Source of the DNA: a virus
Taxonomy: Duplodnaviria; Caudoviricetes
Length of the DNA stretch: 54,798 nucleotides
Strand: one strand, 5' to 3'
Virus record (IMG/VR): IMGVR_UViG_3300031938_000004
Coordinates: 1-54,798 of that record
Part shown: positions 34,421 to 43,701 of the stretch, in pieces
Layout of the letters: each line of letters opens with the position of its first letter
How positions within the stretch are numbered: position 1 is the stretch's first letter
Notes under the pieces: model-generated
Databases searched by the model: none
Told to the model about the DNA's origin: nothing
What the model saw: the letters and a program-made list of their open reading frames with translations, nothing else
Made by a program: the position numbers and the translations under genes

Positions 34421-34741
34421 ATGCCTGTTCGGCTCTACCGAGATGGTTCTGAATTACATCACCCCAACCTGCAGGCCATGGTCGCCCACCGCGGCTGCCC
34501 CGAACATGCGCAGATCCGTGTAATGCTTACGCTTTGCCGGGACACGTTTGTGCTCGATCTCGAGGAGGTGGACGAAGTCCTCGAGGAGCTGCGCACCGCA
34601 CGCGAGAAGATGCTCGATACGGCCGCCGACTTTGAGGATGAGGCGCAAAAGAATCACGATGGGCATGATGAGAACATGCCGCCCTCCTCAATACCCAAGC
34701 CCAAGCGCAAACGCTTGCCCAAAAAAGGCACGGGGACCTGA
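34421..34741 (+). CDS. Hypothetical protein
   Basis: GGGAG RBS. Confidence 0.65.
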   Translation: MPVRLYRDGSELHHPNLQAMVAHRGCPEHAQIRVMLTLCRDTFVLDLEEVDEVLEELRTAREKMLDTAADFEDEAQKNHDGHDENMPPSSIPKPKRKRLPKKGTGT

Positions 34742-34962
34742 TGCGTGCTACCAAAATTCCTTTTGAGCTTGGCCCGTTTGAGGCAGGCCTGGTTATGGGC
34801 GTCTTGACGGCAGAACTTAACCGCCTCGATGCGTGCGGTGATTACCGAGAACGCATCAAAGAACACGGCTTAATTGAAGCATGGCATGTTATGGCCAAGG
34901 CAATCGAGATGTGGCAGCGCGACCCTATAGCGCAGAACTTTGAGACACCGCCCAAAGGTTAA
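34741..34962 (+). CDS. Hypothetical protein
   Basis: TGATG overlap. Confidence 0.65.
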   Translation: MRATKIPFELGPFEAGLVMGVLTAELNRLDACGDYRERIKEHGLIEAWHVMAKAIEMWQRDPIAQNFETPPKG

Positions 34963-36044
34963 TCTTCTTGGGTATGAGCTTCCCGCTCAGCTTGCCTTTT
35001 GGCCTCTGCCCTTTCTTGGCGCTCGGCTTCTCTTTGAGCGTAAACCTCTTTGCGCTTGGCGGACTGCTCAAGGGCCTTCTGCCGCTTTTTGCTGATTTTC
35101 TTGGGCGCCTCTTCCTGCTCTTGGGGCTCAGGCGTAACAGGCCCTGCATCCTTTTCGGGGTCTTTGTTTGCAGGACGCCTGGCAGGAGGCGGCGTCTTGT
35201 CGGCAATTGCTGCCAAGTGGGTGTCGATGTCGATAATTTTCATCTCATTGAGTTGGATGGCACGGGCCAAAAATTGCTCCATGGTCTCATTGCGCTCTTC
35301 GAGGTAGTGCCTCAGATACTCAAAAGCCCGCTCTTTGGAGCCCTCGATATTGAGGCTTTGGACCTGCTGCAAAAACCGAACCTCCAAGCGCGCTTCAACC
35401 CGAGATTTGGTGGGCTCGGGCAAAAGCTTGAGCACGTCCATCTCTCGCCAATCAAAGGCATCGAGCGCGCCACCAAACAGAAGCGGTTTGAATTGGGCAA
35501 AAGCCTTGCTCAAAGATTCGACACAGTTGGCCCACTGCAAGATGCCCATGCGCAAAAGGCCAACCTCTTGGTTGTTATCGGGCAAGTCTTTGGCCATGCC
35601 GTTGATGCCCAAGTAGGCCATCTGCAATCGATTGGCGAGCTCTTGCACAATGGCGCCCATCAACATCTGACGGTTGAGCCCCTCCTCGAAGGGGTGCTTG
35701 ATGCTGGCGTATTCCCCCTCAAGCATCCACGGCTGCACGCCATGCAAGGGGTAACGGCTCGAGGCCGCGCCCACGACAATGTCGCTCATGAGGTGCATCT
35801 GCTCGACATGCTCGAAGATCTCAATCAGAAGCTTTTCGATGGCGGTCTTGGGAGCATTCTCTTTGTGGCGCGTCTTAAGATAGGGCGCCATCAGCCCGTG
35901 AACCTGCCCGTAGCGCCATTGAATTTGTTGACCTAGATTGGTCGCGATCGTTGTCAAATCCCAACGTTTCATTGTCATGCAGCCTTTTGTAAAGCAATTC
36001 CAGATCTGGAATGAGGCCGGTGGTCCATCATGGACGTCAGCCAA
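34959..36044 (-). CDS. Hypothetical helical protein (start may be 35978)
   Basis: Long ORF with protein-like composition and charged C-terminal tail. Confidence 0.7.
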   Translation of the reverse strand: MADVHDGPPASFQIWNCFTKGCMTMKRWDLTTIATNLGQQIQWRYGQVHGLMAPYLKTRHKENAPKTAIEKLLIEIFEHVEQMHLMSDIVVGAASSRYPLHGVQPWMLEGEYASIKHPFEEGLNRQMLMGAIVQELANRLQMAYLGINGMAKDLPDNNQEVGLLRMGILQWANCVESLSKAFAQFKPLLFGGALDAFDWREMDVLKLLPEPTKSRVEARLEVRFLQQVQSLNIEGSKERAFEYLRHYLEERNETMEQFLARAIQLNEMKIIDIDTHLAAIADKTPPPARRPANKDPEKDAGPVTPEPQEQEEAPKKISKKRQKALEQSAKRKEVYAQREAERQERAEAKRQAEREAHTQED

Positions 36045-36139
36045 AGTAAGCGGGCCAAGATAATTCTTGACACACTGAGCCTGTGCGTCATAGCGTGACC
36101 GGCGCGTCTTGCCAACATCACCAAGAGGTTTTCACGCAC

Positions 36140-36610
36140 ATGGGCAAAGCTTCCCGACGTCTTACGATTGCAGCCAAACCGATCTCTAACCCGTGGGAGG
36201 CCGTGCCGACCTTGCATCGGCGCAGCAACTGCACGCTCGAGGTGGTCAGCCTCGATGAAGTGAAGCTCAGTCTCAACACCGCGTTTTGCCGACGCCTGGT
36301 GAACGAGAATACCGAAGCGCTCACCATTCGGGTGAACGTGTTAGAACAGACCCTTGGCCTTATTCCCCTGCGCGATGGCGATCCTCGCATCAAGGATGAG
36401 ACGTTTTTACAGACTAATAATGTGGTGTCGTTTGCGGCCAACCGGCGCGGCGATTGCAACGACAAGCGCATCAGCATCTCAGCGCTTTTGCAACTCTACC
36501 CCTGGTTGCGCGTGCAGGCTCAGGCGCCCGCGGCCGCAGACAGGCGCCGCTTCCCCATCTGGAATGACCGCTTTGGGCTTTACGTGCTGGCCAAAAGCAA
36601 CCAGGCGTAG
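36140..36610 (+). CDS. Hypothetical protein
   Basis: GAGG upstream of ATG 36140. Confidence 0.55.
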   Translation: MGKASRRLTIAAKPISNPWEAVPTLHRRSNCTLEVVSLDEVKLSLNTAFCRRLVNENTEALTIRVNVLEQTLGLIPLRDGDPRIKDETFLQTNNVVSFAANRRGDCNDKRISISALLQLYPWLRVQAQAPAAADRRRFPIWNDRFGLYVLAKSNQA

Positions 36611-36981
36611 CAGTAACCGACAAAGGCGTTGAGGCTGAGGCCAAAGCCTATTTTGTCGAGCACAAACAAAAGAACACGGGCAGCCACATGCGCGAACGGG
36701 CCCACGATGCGGTGCACCCGCTGCATCTTGGCGCGCCAAGAACCATCATTGGCCCGCGGCAAACAAGGCTCGCCGACCTGCACCGCCGCATGGACCATCT
36801 TGGGCTTGGATTTTGGCGCAATCTCCAAACTGTCTTGGGTCATGTGCAAATTGATGCTGCCGACCTGCACGCGCAGGTTGGGCAACGAGGCCGGCCGCAC
36901 AGGGGTTCTGGGGGAAGAGCGGCGAGGGGAAGAAGCTCTTGAGGGCAGGCGGGCGCACAAGGTAGCCGACGGACGGGCCAT
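36580..36981 (-). CDS. Ser/Pro/Arg-rich protein with hydrophobic C-terminus
   Basis: GGAG RBS before MARPS. Confidence 0.45.
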   Translation of the reverse strand: MARPSATLCARLPSRASSPRRSSPRTPVRPASLPNLRVQVGSINLHMTQDSLEIAPKSKPKMVHAAVQVGEPCLPRANDGSWRAKMQRVHRIVGPFAHVAARVLLFVLDKIGFGLSLNAFVGYCYAWLLLAST

Positions 36982-37060
36982 GCTTTGATCTCCAACGCGG
37001 GTGGAAGCCTTAAGCATGCCCCAATCCGAGGGGCTTTGGGTACCTTGTGCGCCCAAAGGC

Positions 37061-37270
37061 TCAGGGGGCGTCTTCCTTTTTGGTGGGCACATCCCGGGGG
37101 TAAAATTCCGGGTAAAGATCATGCTTTCGAAGCCCCAAGAAGAGCCCCTCTTTGAGGGCGAGCCCCAAGAGCATGTGCAACTGCTCTTTGTCCTCGCTGC
37201 CCTCGGCAATCTTGCCGCGCAGGAACGCCATCCGCTTTTTGACGGCCTCGATTTTGTCTTGGTCCGTCAT
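37061..37270 (-). CDS. Hypothetical protein
   Basis: GGAGG RBS, ATGA overlap with ATPase. Confidence 0.7.
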   Translation of the reverse strand: MTDQDKIEAVKKRMAFLRGKIAEGSEDKEQLHMLLGLALKEGLFLGLRKHDLYPEFYPRDVPTKKEDAP

Positions 37271-38196
37271 GCCGCCTCCCCATAGGCCCGCGTCAAAAGG
37301 GCACGCATCGAGATCTCGCCGGGCTCCACCGTCTTGAGCTTGGCCTGGGCGCGGCTCTTGGCCTCGTACAGCGAGGTGGACTGGGTGACCGTGGAGTATT
37401 CTAGCACCACGTCATTTTCTAAATCTCGGACCCGCCGGCGCTTGCGCGTAAAGACAAAGGAGCAGTTGTCCAGCCACATGCTCGCCATCCCCTTGGGCAG
37501 ATCAATGGTGTAGCTGGAGCGCTCGCCGCCAATGGAGCGGGCGTGGGAGGCTGCAATGGCGTTGTCGGTGGCGCCCTTGCGCGAATCCTCGCCAAAGACT
37601 GTGTGCACCTTCATCTGCGCATTGCCGATGACCGTCACGCCGCGGTAGGGCGAGAAGGCATCAAAGATGCGGGCGCCCTGGGCGGCCATGGTCTTACCAT
37701 AGTCGTTGAGGGGAGCGGTGCGGTCGATGAGGCGCGCCGGGCAATTCAAATCAATGATGATGATTTTGATGGTGCCGTCCCGCAGAGCCTTGTCGAAGTA
37801 TCTGAGGCCGTGGGCCAGCTTCTTGGTGTAGGACAGCCAGTCGGACAAACCGCTCATGTCGATGACGCGATCACAAACAAGGCCCGCATCCAAGGCGCCC
37901 ATGATGCCCTCGTTGTCGCCCTGGAAGACCAGAACATCCGAGCACATCCTTTTGGGGCCGGTGATGCGGTCGCCGGCGTGATTCGAGGCGCTCATGCTGA
38001 ATGTGGTCTTGCCCGTGCCGCGCGGGCCCATCACCAGGATGCGCCGGTTGGAGCGGCTGACCGCCTGGGTGGCCGTCATGACCAAGGGCTCTTGGTCCTC
38101 CTGAGGGAGGACCGGCTCGAAGGCGGGTTGAGCCGGTTGCCCAGGCAATGGGGCCGGCCGAGAAGTCGGGGAACGGGGGGGAGAAGATTGCTGCAT
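37267..38196 (-). CDS. P-loop ATPase (AAA_24 / Sak4-like recombinase)
   Basis: ILVMGPRGTGKTT Walker A, IIIID Walker B, AKSR near C-terminus. Confidence 0.75.
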   Translation of the reverse strand: MQQSSPPRSPTSRPAPLPGQPAQPAFEPVLPQEDQEPLVMTATQAVSRSNRRILVMGPRGTGKTTFSMSASNHAGDRITGPKRMCSDVLVFQGDNEGIMGALDAGLVCDRVIDMSGLSDWLSYTKKLAHGLRYFDKALRDGTIKIIIIDLNCPARLIDRTAPLNDYGKTMAAQGARIFDAFSPYRGVTVIGNAQMKVHTVFGEDSRKGATDNAIAASHARSIGGERSSYTIDLPKGMASMWLDNCSFVFTRKRRRVRDLENDVVLEYSTVTQSTSLYEAKSRAQAKLKTVEPGEISMRALLTRAYGEAA

Positions 38197-38299
38197 GAAT
38201 GGGCCTCACAAGACAGAAGATGGCCCTTTTTACCCCAAACTGTGCACATGCGTCAACGCCCTATTGAGGCCCTGTGCCCCTTCTTTGTGGCCCGTTGTG

Positions 38300-38815
38300 T
38301 CAGGCCACCTTGAGGTCGGTCATCTCGTCGGCGCGGCGCACCCAGCCCTGCAAAAATTGCAGCTGGGAGGGGTTGTTGACGGCGATGTTGATGAAGGCTC
38401 GGATGCAGGCTTTGCTAAAAACTAACGCAAAAACGCAAGGATCGGTGCCGTTGAGCTTGGCCAATGACAAGGGCCCAATAATGCCATCGGATTTGAGCCC
38501 CAAGGCCGTTTGGGCCAGCCGTACCGCTGAGGCGGGGCCCATCAAAACGGCCATATCCATCAAAAAGCTGGCGATGCTCTGCTCGGCAATGGCGTCGCCC
38601 TTGATGACGTTCCAATAACTGAGCCGATAGATGGTCTTGACCGTGTCTTGGGTGATGTTTTTGACATCGTCCACGGTCGCCGGCCGGCCAATATAGCGGC
38701 TCAGAGTAGGGGTGGAGATGCCGTAGTTGGTGGCCTGACCCTTATCCGCTGGATTATTGACGAAGCCCCCCTCGTGTTTGAGGATAAGCGCCAGCGCAAT
38801 CTCGAAAACTGCCAT
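38300..38815 (-). CDS. Endolysin, GH108 lysozyme with peptidoglycan-binding C-terminus
   Basis: HEGGFVNNPADKG.ATNYGI, Y...YW, DMAV.MG, DGIIGP, FLQGWVRR. Confidence 0.93.
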   Translation of the reverse strand: MAVFEIALALILKHEGGFVNNPADKGQATNYGISTPTLSRYIGRPATVDDVKNITQDTVKTIYRLSYWNVIKGDAIAEQSIASFLMDMAVLMGPASAVRLAQTALGLKSDGIIGPLSLAKLNGTDPCVFALVFSKACIRAFINIAVNNPSQLQFLQGWVRRADEMTDLKVA

Positions 38816-38824
38816 CAAAAGACC

Positions 38825-39160
38825 TCAGCCGTACAAAGAGGAATAGTGGGAGGACTCGCTGCTGGCCGCCGATACGGGCACGGCAGGGGGGATGTCCCGG
38901 CCTTTGCCCTTGAGATTCAGTGGGGCCGGGGGTGGCCGCAGCGACAGCGTGGCGCCCACCGGGGAGAGCCGCGCGATCTCCTCTTGCAGGTGATCGATCA
39001 TCTCGTCGTGTAAGGCGGCCGAGGAGACCGAGGGCGGCGCCTTTTTGGAGGGGTTGTAGCCGGGCTCCAAAGAGAGGGAGACGGGCCGATCCTTGGGCGG
39101 GATGGGCGCAGAGATGACAAGGGCGCGTTTTGGGCGCGGCCAGCAGGGGCAGATCCACAT
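38825..39160 (-). CDS. Pro/Ser-rich hypothetical protein
   Basis: Fills the gap between co-oriented genes. Confidence 0.45.
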   Translation of the reverse strand: MWICPCWPRPKRALVISAPIPPKDRPVSLSLEPGYNPSKKAPPSVSSAALHDEMIDHLQEEIARLSPVGATLSLRPPPAPLNLKGKGRDIPPAVPVSAASSESSHYSSLYG

Positions 39161-39170
39161 GCCGACAAGT

Positions 39171-39563
39171 CTACCCCTTTGGGTAGATCTGCTCAAAGGC
39201 ATCGCTCACTTTGTGGCGGCGCATGATGTTGTCCAAAACCGCGCACCCCCTGTCGACGTGGCGCTTCAGCTCGTGAAAGGCCAGGCGCGCCTCTTGAAGC
39301 TCGTGCTCGGTGATGTGCGTGGCCATCGCCTTGTGCATAAAGCGGGTGTCATGGCCAAAACTGCGCTGCATGCGGATGATGGTCTGCGAGCTGACGCCAA
39401 ACTCGCGGGCCAATTGGCGGCTGCTCTCGCCATTTTGGTAGCGCACCAGCACGCACAACAGGGTCCAGGGCCCAAGCTTTTTGTGCAAGGTACGCTTGTT
39501 GCGCAAAGATTCGGGCGTGCGCGCTTCGGGCTGAATCTTGCGGCCCACCTTTTGCCCTGCCAT
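39171..39563 (-). CDS. HTH DNA-binding protein
   Basis: YQNGESSRQLAREFGVSSQTIIR. Confidence 0.75.
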   Translation of the reverse strand: MAGQKVGRKIQPEARTPESLRNKRTLHKKLGPWTLLCVLVRYQNGESSRQLAREFGVSSQTIIRMQRSFGHDTRFMHKAMATHITEHELQEARLAFHELKRHVDRGCAVLDNIMRRHKVSDAFEQIYPKG

Positions 39564-40225
39564 CAAGGGCGCTCTTGGTGCGGGGTCAGGCAGGCATCGA
39601 CCACATCCCCCAGCGAACTCATGCTCTCGTGGCGCGTGTAGCCTGGGATCTCGCCCACAAGACGCGGGGCGGAAGCCGCCGACAAGGCGGGGTGCAAATC
39701 GAGCTCGCGCAGCGGCCGGCCCTGCAGACGACCCTTGGCGCAATCGCGCAACTGCGCGTGCAGGGTGGGCAATTGCTCGATGGTGACGGTGGAGCAAAGA
39801 TTGTGCCAGCCGCCCCGGTCGCGCACCACCTGCCAGGCCGTTTCGCCCAGCTGCTCTTGAGCCCGCTTAGGTTGGGTGTAACCGCAGCTCGAGATGCAGG
39901 ACAGGATGTGGGCCGCGATGCTGTTGGCCTCCTGGTCCTGGGTCATCTGCGGCGCCAGGATGGCGATGATCTCATTGGGCATGGGCGGCCGGGGCTTGTG
40001 GCCCGCCGCAGGGGGCATCAGCCGCCAGCGGCGCAGCGCCAAAGACACTTCTTCGGCGGAGAAGGGGCTGAGCTCCTCGGCCATCATGTGGATCTGCCGC
40101 GGCATCAACCGCTGGCCATAGTACTCGTGCGTCTCGAGCAACAAGGTTTTGATTCGCTGAACATGGGTCACTTCCGCCATCAACCAATCCTCGGCCCGTT
40201 GGAGCCATCCGGTCACGTTGAGCAT
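39563..40225 (-). CDS. Replication accessory protein (initiator partner, DUF6475-like)
   Basis: P.PNEII..EA..I...I...GY..A...LGE.AWQVV..GGW..LC..AQLRD; directly after initiator. Confidence 0.65.
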   Translation of the reverse strand: MLNVTGWLQRAEDWLMAEVTHVQRIKTLLLETHEYYGQRLMPRQIHMMAEELSPFSAEEVSLALRRWRLMPPAAGHKPRPPMPNEIIAILAPQMTQDQEANSIAAHILSCISSCGYTQPKRAQEQLGETAWQVVRDRGGWHNLCSTVTIEQLPTLHAQLRDCAKGRLQGRPLRELDLHPALSAASAPRLVGEIPGYTRHESMSSLGDVVDACLTPHQERP

Positions 40226-40364
40226 TGAACTGCCTCCCATTTTACGACGTGCTGCTGGCCCTCATTGTGGCACAGCCCGCTTGTTTACTGAATGACAATT
40301 GCCCCTTTGACGCAAGGGCGCAATCACGGGTTGGCCCCTGTGGGGCGATAGGTGCACGATCGAT

Positions 40365-41174
40365 TCAGATCTCCCCTGCCAGGATGCGCTGGCGGTCACG
40401 CTCAAAGCCCAATTGCCGGTCAAACAGATCGATGTCGCCCATGGTGATGGGGTTGTTGTTGGCCCACTGGGTGCGCAGGCTCTCGGCGTCCTTGACGGCC
40501 ATCTCGAGCTGATACATGCGGCTCATGTAGTATTTGTTGGGATGGTCGACGAAGAAGGCGATCACCTGGGGCGCCTCTTGGGCCCCAAGCCTCTGGACGA
40601 ATTGCTTGATGAGGCTGTTGGTCTTGGCGTTGCGGATGGGCGGCTGCTGCATCTTGCGCGTGTAGGCGGCCGCATAGGCAGCCCAGGTGTCCGCATTGGC
40701 CTGGGTGCTCGCGGAAGGCTGAGCCAACGCTGCGGGCTTGGTGAGGGCAGCGGTCTTGGCGGCAGGCTTGGGCAAAGATGGCGCGGGCACGGGCGCTCGG
40801 CGCTTTTGGGCCGAGGACAGCCCGGCCTTGCGGCAATGGTCGCGCAGCGCCTTTTGCTTGGCCTCAAGCCCCTTGTTGTCGGGGATGACATAATGGTGGG
40901 GCGAGGCGCCCTGGCTCTCGGCGCCCTCTGGGATCATGTAGCCAAAATAAGCCATGCGCTCAAAAACCGTGTAGCGGTCGATGCCCCGCAGGGTGGGGAT
41001 GAGCCGCATCAAGTCGTTGTGCTCGCCGCGCTCCAGCCCCCGCTGCCGGGTCTCGTGCCAAAAGACCGACAAAAGACCCACCATCTCGGCGCGCGAGGCA
41101 CCCAGCGCTTCCTGCAGGCCGCAAAAGCGCGAGGACTGGATCTCTTTGAGCGGGAGGGTCAGGGCTTTGGGCAT
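40365..41174 (-). CDS. Phage replication initiator-like protein
   Basis: C-terminal W.AY..AY....PIRNAK.N..I.QFV.RLG..EAP.V..FF..Y..DAESLRTQW pattern. Confidence 0.75.
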   Translation of the reverse strand: MPKALTLPLKEIQSSRFCGLQEALGASRAEMVGLLSVFWHETRQRGLERGEHNDLMRLIPTLRGIDRYTVFERMAYFGYMIPEGAESQGASPHHYVIPDNKGLEAKQKALRDHCRKAGLSSAQKRRAPVPAPSLPKPAAKTAALTKPAALAQPSASTQANADTWAAYAAAYTRKMQQPPIRNAKTNSLIKQFVQRLGAQEAPQVIAFFVDHPNKYYMSRMYQLEMAVKDAESLRTQWANNNPITMGDIDLFDRQLGFERDRQRILAGEI

Positions 41175-41290
41175 GGCAAACTCAACACTTTCTGAACATA
41201 ATTGTGTGGCGCGTGCTGCCCTGCTGTAGAGATGGCCTGACGCAAAGTCAAGCAATCACGAGGGCTGCCGGCTTTTGTTAAGGTTGTGGG

Positions 41291-42127
41291 ATGATGCGCA
41301 AGCTTGCCGCTGGCCTGACGCGCCGGTCAGTGGCTGACAGCCCCTCTGATGAGGAGGGCCCGGATTTTGGTGACGGCCCTGTCCGACGCATCGCCTCGCC
41401 CTATCAGGCCATGACCGAAGAAGATTATCTGCTGTGGCAGACCACCAGCAGTCTGGAGGCGCTCAACCTCGAATCCTTGGTGGCCCCGTATCTGACGCCC
41501 ATGAATACGCGCATGATTCGCCGGGAGGAGGCGACCGCGGGCTTCCCCAGGGCTTTGGGCAAGTCGATTGCCGAGCACGTGCGCGAGGAGCTGGCCCGCA
41601 GGCCCTCGGCCCATGTGGACGACGTGGTCGGCACCGCAGGCATCGCGCTTTTGCGGGAGCCCTTGGGACCTTTGACGCCCACCGAGGAGCGGCCCAACCC
41701 TTTTGACGGGCCCGCCGCGGTCGATGCACTCATCACACCCCTGCCCCGTCGCCCTCCTTTGCAGCGGCGGCCCACAAGCTTTCGGGGCCGCCGCGAGATG
41801 CCGCTGTACGTCCAGGCTCTGCGCCGCAACCATCAAGATGCTTTCATCCGCACCATGATGGCGCGCATCGAGGAAGAGGCCAAAATGGCCTATCCTGGGC
41901 CCCCTGTGCCGCCAGAGCCGCATGAGCCTATGCCTTTGTACCGGCGCCGGCGCATCACCATCGCCCCCGAGCAGGATCCGATCCCCTGGCTTGCCGAGCC
42001 AGACTTTGCCCATTGGGAAGACTATCGGCTCGACGGCCCACTCTCCACGCCCTCGCCCCAGGAGCCGGGGCCCATGGGGGAAGCGCCGGTCATCTATCGG
42101 GATTCTACGGGCAAAACATTCATTTGA
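41291..42127 (+). CDS. Pro/Arg-rich hypothetical protein
   Basis: 278 aa; extended -10 element 6 nt upstream of ATG. Confidence 0.65.
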   Translation: MMRKLAAGLTRRSVADSPSDEEGPDFGDGPVRRIASPYQAMTEEDYLLWQTTSSLEALNLESLVAPYLTPMNTRMIRREEATAGFPRALGKSIAEHVREELARRPSAHVDDVVGTAGIALLREPLGPLTPTEERPNPFDGPAAVDALITPLPRRPPLQRRPTSFRGRREMPLYVQALRRNHQDAFIRTMMARIEEEAKMAYPGPPVPPEPHEPMPLYRRRRITIAPEQDPIPWLAEPDFAHWEDYRLDGPLSTPSPQEPGPMGEAPVIYRDSTGKTFI

Positions 42128-42160
42128 TTTGAAGGCGCGGTTAATTTTACCCTCTTGAGG

Positions 42161-42343
42161 ATGGACACCACCCTTCAAGAAGCCGTGACGCAATTGCGGG
42201 CAGCGATGACGCAGGCCAACCGCATTTACAAGTCGAGTCGGCGCGAGCCGGGCGACCAAAATCAATTGCGCCTGGCCGAAGAGCAGATGGAATTAAGTTT
42301 GCGCACCATCGAGAAGGTTGTGGCCCATGCCCAAGGCTCCTGA
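42161..42343 (+). CDS. Small helical hypothetical protein
   Basis: 60 aa, co-oriented in operon. Confidence 0.55.
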   Translation: MDTTLQEAVTQLRAAMTQANRIYKSSRREPGDQNQLRLAEEQMELSLRTIEKVVAHAQGS

Positions 42344-42737
42344 GCCCCAGACCCTTGCAGCCCACGGCAACAGTTCATTGACGCCCAAGGCTGTGCACGC
42401 CATTTTCGAGGCCGTCGCCAACACCGACAAGACCATGACGGCCATCGCCAAAGAGTTCGGGGTCAGCCAGGCCATCGTGCAGAACATCGCGCACAAGAGG
42501 CTGCACAAAAAGCTTCTGGCATGCCACGAGGACATCGACTTCTCGGTCACTTCAGAGCGGTTTGCCCGCATGGCCAAGACCCATCCCAACCGGCCGGTCC
42601 TGACCCCGAACATCGTCAGTCAGATCCGAGTGCTCTTGCAGATGGGCTTGAGCCAAAAAGAGATTGCGGCGCAGTACCAGGTCTCCCGGGCCACCATCTG
42701 CAATATCGCCAAGCGCAAGACCTGGCGCGATGCTTAA
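42327..42737 (+). CDS. Double-HTH DNA-binding protein
   Basis: TMTAIAKEFGVSQAIVQNI and LSQKEIAAQYQVSRATICNI..RKTW. Confidence 0.8.
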   Translation: MPKAPEPQTLAAHGNSSLTPKAVHAIFEAVANTDKTMTAIAKEFGVSQAIVQNIAHKRLHKKLLACHEDIDFSVTSERFARMAKTHPNRPVLTPNIVSQIRVLLQMGLSQKEIAAQYQVSRATICNIAKRKTWRDA

Positions 42738-42808
42738 GAACCTCTTGCTGCTGCCCTCAGGGGTTGCGGTACAAAGCGACCGGCCCGCCACCAAAGCAGG
42801 GTTTGTTG

Positions 42809-43237
42809 ATGCCGCCTAAGCACGCAGCCCTTCACTCCAGCAAACGCATGGACTGGCAGACGCCCACCGATTTTTTTGACAAGCTCAACCATGTCTATGC
42901 CTTCACCCTCGATGCGGCATGCTCCAAAAGCAATGCCTTGTGCGATGTGCACTATGACTGGCCTGCCCGAGATGGGCTGGCTCTGAGCTGGGCAGGGCAC
43001 CGCGTGTGGTGCAACCCACCTTATGGCCGGGCCATTGGCTTGTGGACCAAGAAGGCCGCCGCAGAGGCCCATCATGCAGCCCTGATTGTGATGCTCGTGC
43101 CCGCCCGCACCGACACGGTCTGGTGGCATGAGGCCGTCAAAACCGCTCGCCCCATCTTCCTCAAAGGCAGGCTAAAATTCAAAGGGGCTGCCCATAGTGC
43201 GCCCTTCCCCTCTGCCCTTTTGGTTTGGAACGCATGA
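42809..43237 (+). CDS. Phage DNA N6-adenine methyltransferase (Dam-like)
   Basis: DWQTP..FF, FTLDA, WCNPPYG, MLVPARTDT.W, GRLKF, APFPS. Confidence 0.93.
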   Translation: MPPKHAALHSSKRMDWQTPTDFFDKLNHVYAFTLDAACSKSNALCDVHYDWPARDGLALSWAGHRVWCNPPYGRAIGLWTKKAAAEAHHAALIVMLVPARTDTVWWHEAVKTARPIFLKGRLKFKGAAHSAPFPSALLVWNA

Positions 43238-43701
43238 GCCGCAGCAGGCAGGTCGCCCTCAACAAGGCCCAGGGCGCGCAATTTGAAAAGCTCTTGGTGG
43301 CACGCGCGGGCGTGAGCGGGTGCCGTGCCCTCAAAAATGAATTAAGCTTCCGCTATCTTGCAGGCGGCCGCATCCGCCCCATCCGGGCAGATTTGGATTA
43401 TCGAATTCTGCGGCGTGATGGCCGCGTGGCGTACATCGACACGAAGTGTTTTGATGCCGAGCATTTTACCTTCAGCCAGATTGATGCCGATCAATTGCGC
43501 CAGAGCATCGCTTATAATCATTACAACGTGCCGAGCGGCTTTGTGGTGTGGCTCAAGGCCGCAGGAATCGTGGTGTATTATCCGGGCGCGATGCTGATGA
43601 GCCAGGGGCCCAAGACAAGATTCGTTAAAAGCCACGGCTATGCCTTGGGGGCCCCCTACACCTTTGACGTCAGCCTAATTTTCACGGCTCACGGGCTCTG
43701 A
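43234..43701 (+). CDS. PD-(D/E)xK nuclease, RecU-like Holliday junction resolvase
   Basis: G..FE, LDY, YIDTK, I...Q motifs. Confidence 0.7.
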   Translation: MSRSRQVALNKAQGAQFEKLLVARAGVSGCRALKNELSFRYLAGGRIRPIRADLDYRILRRDGRVAYIDTKCFDAEHFTFSQIDADQLRQSIAYNHYNVPSGFVVWLKAAGIVVYYPGAMLMSQGPKTRFVKSHGYALGAPYTFDVSLIFTAHGL

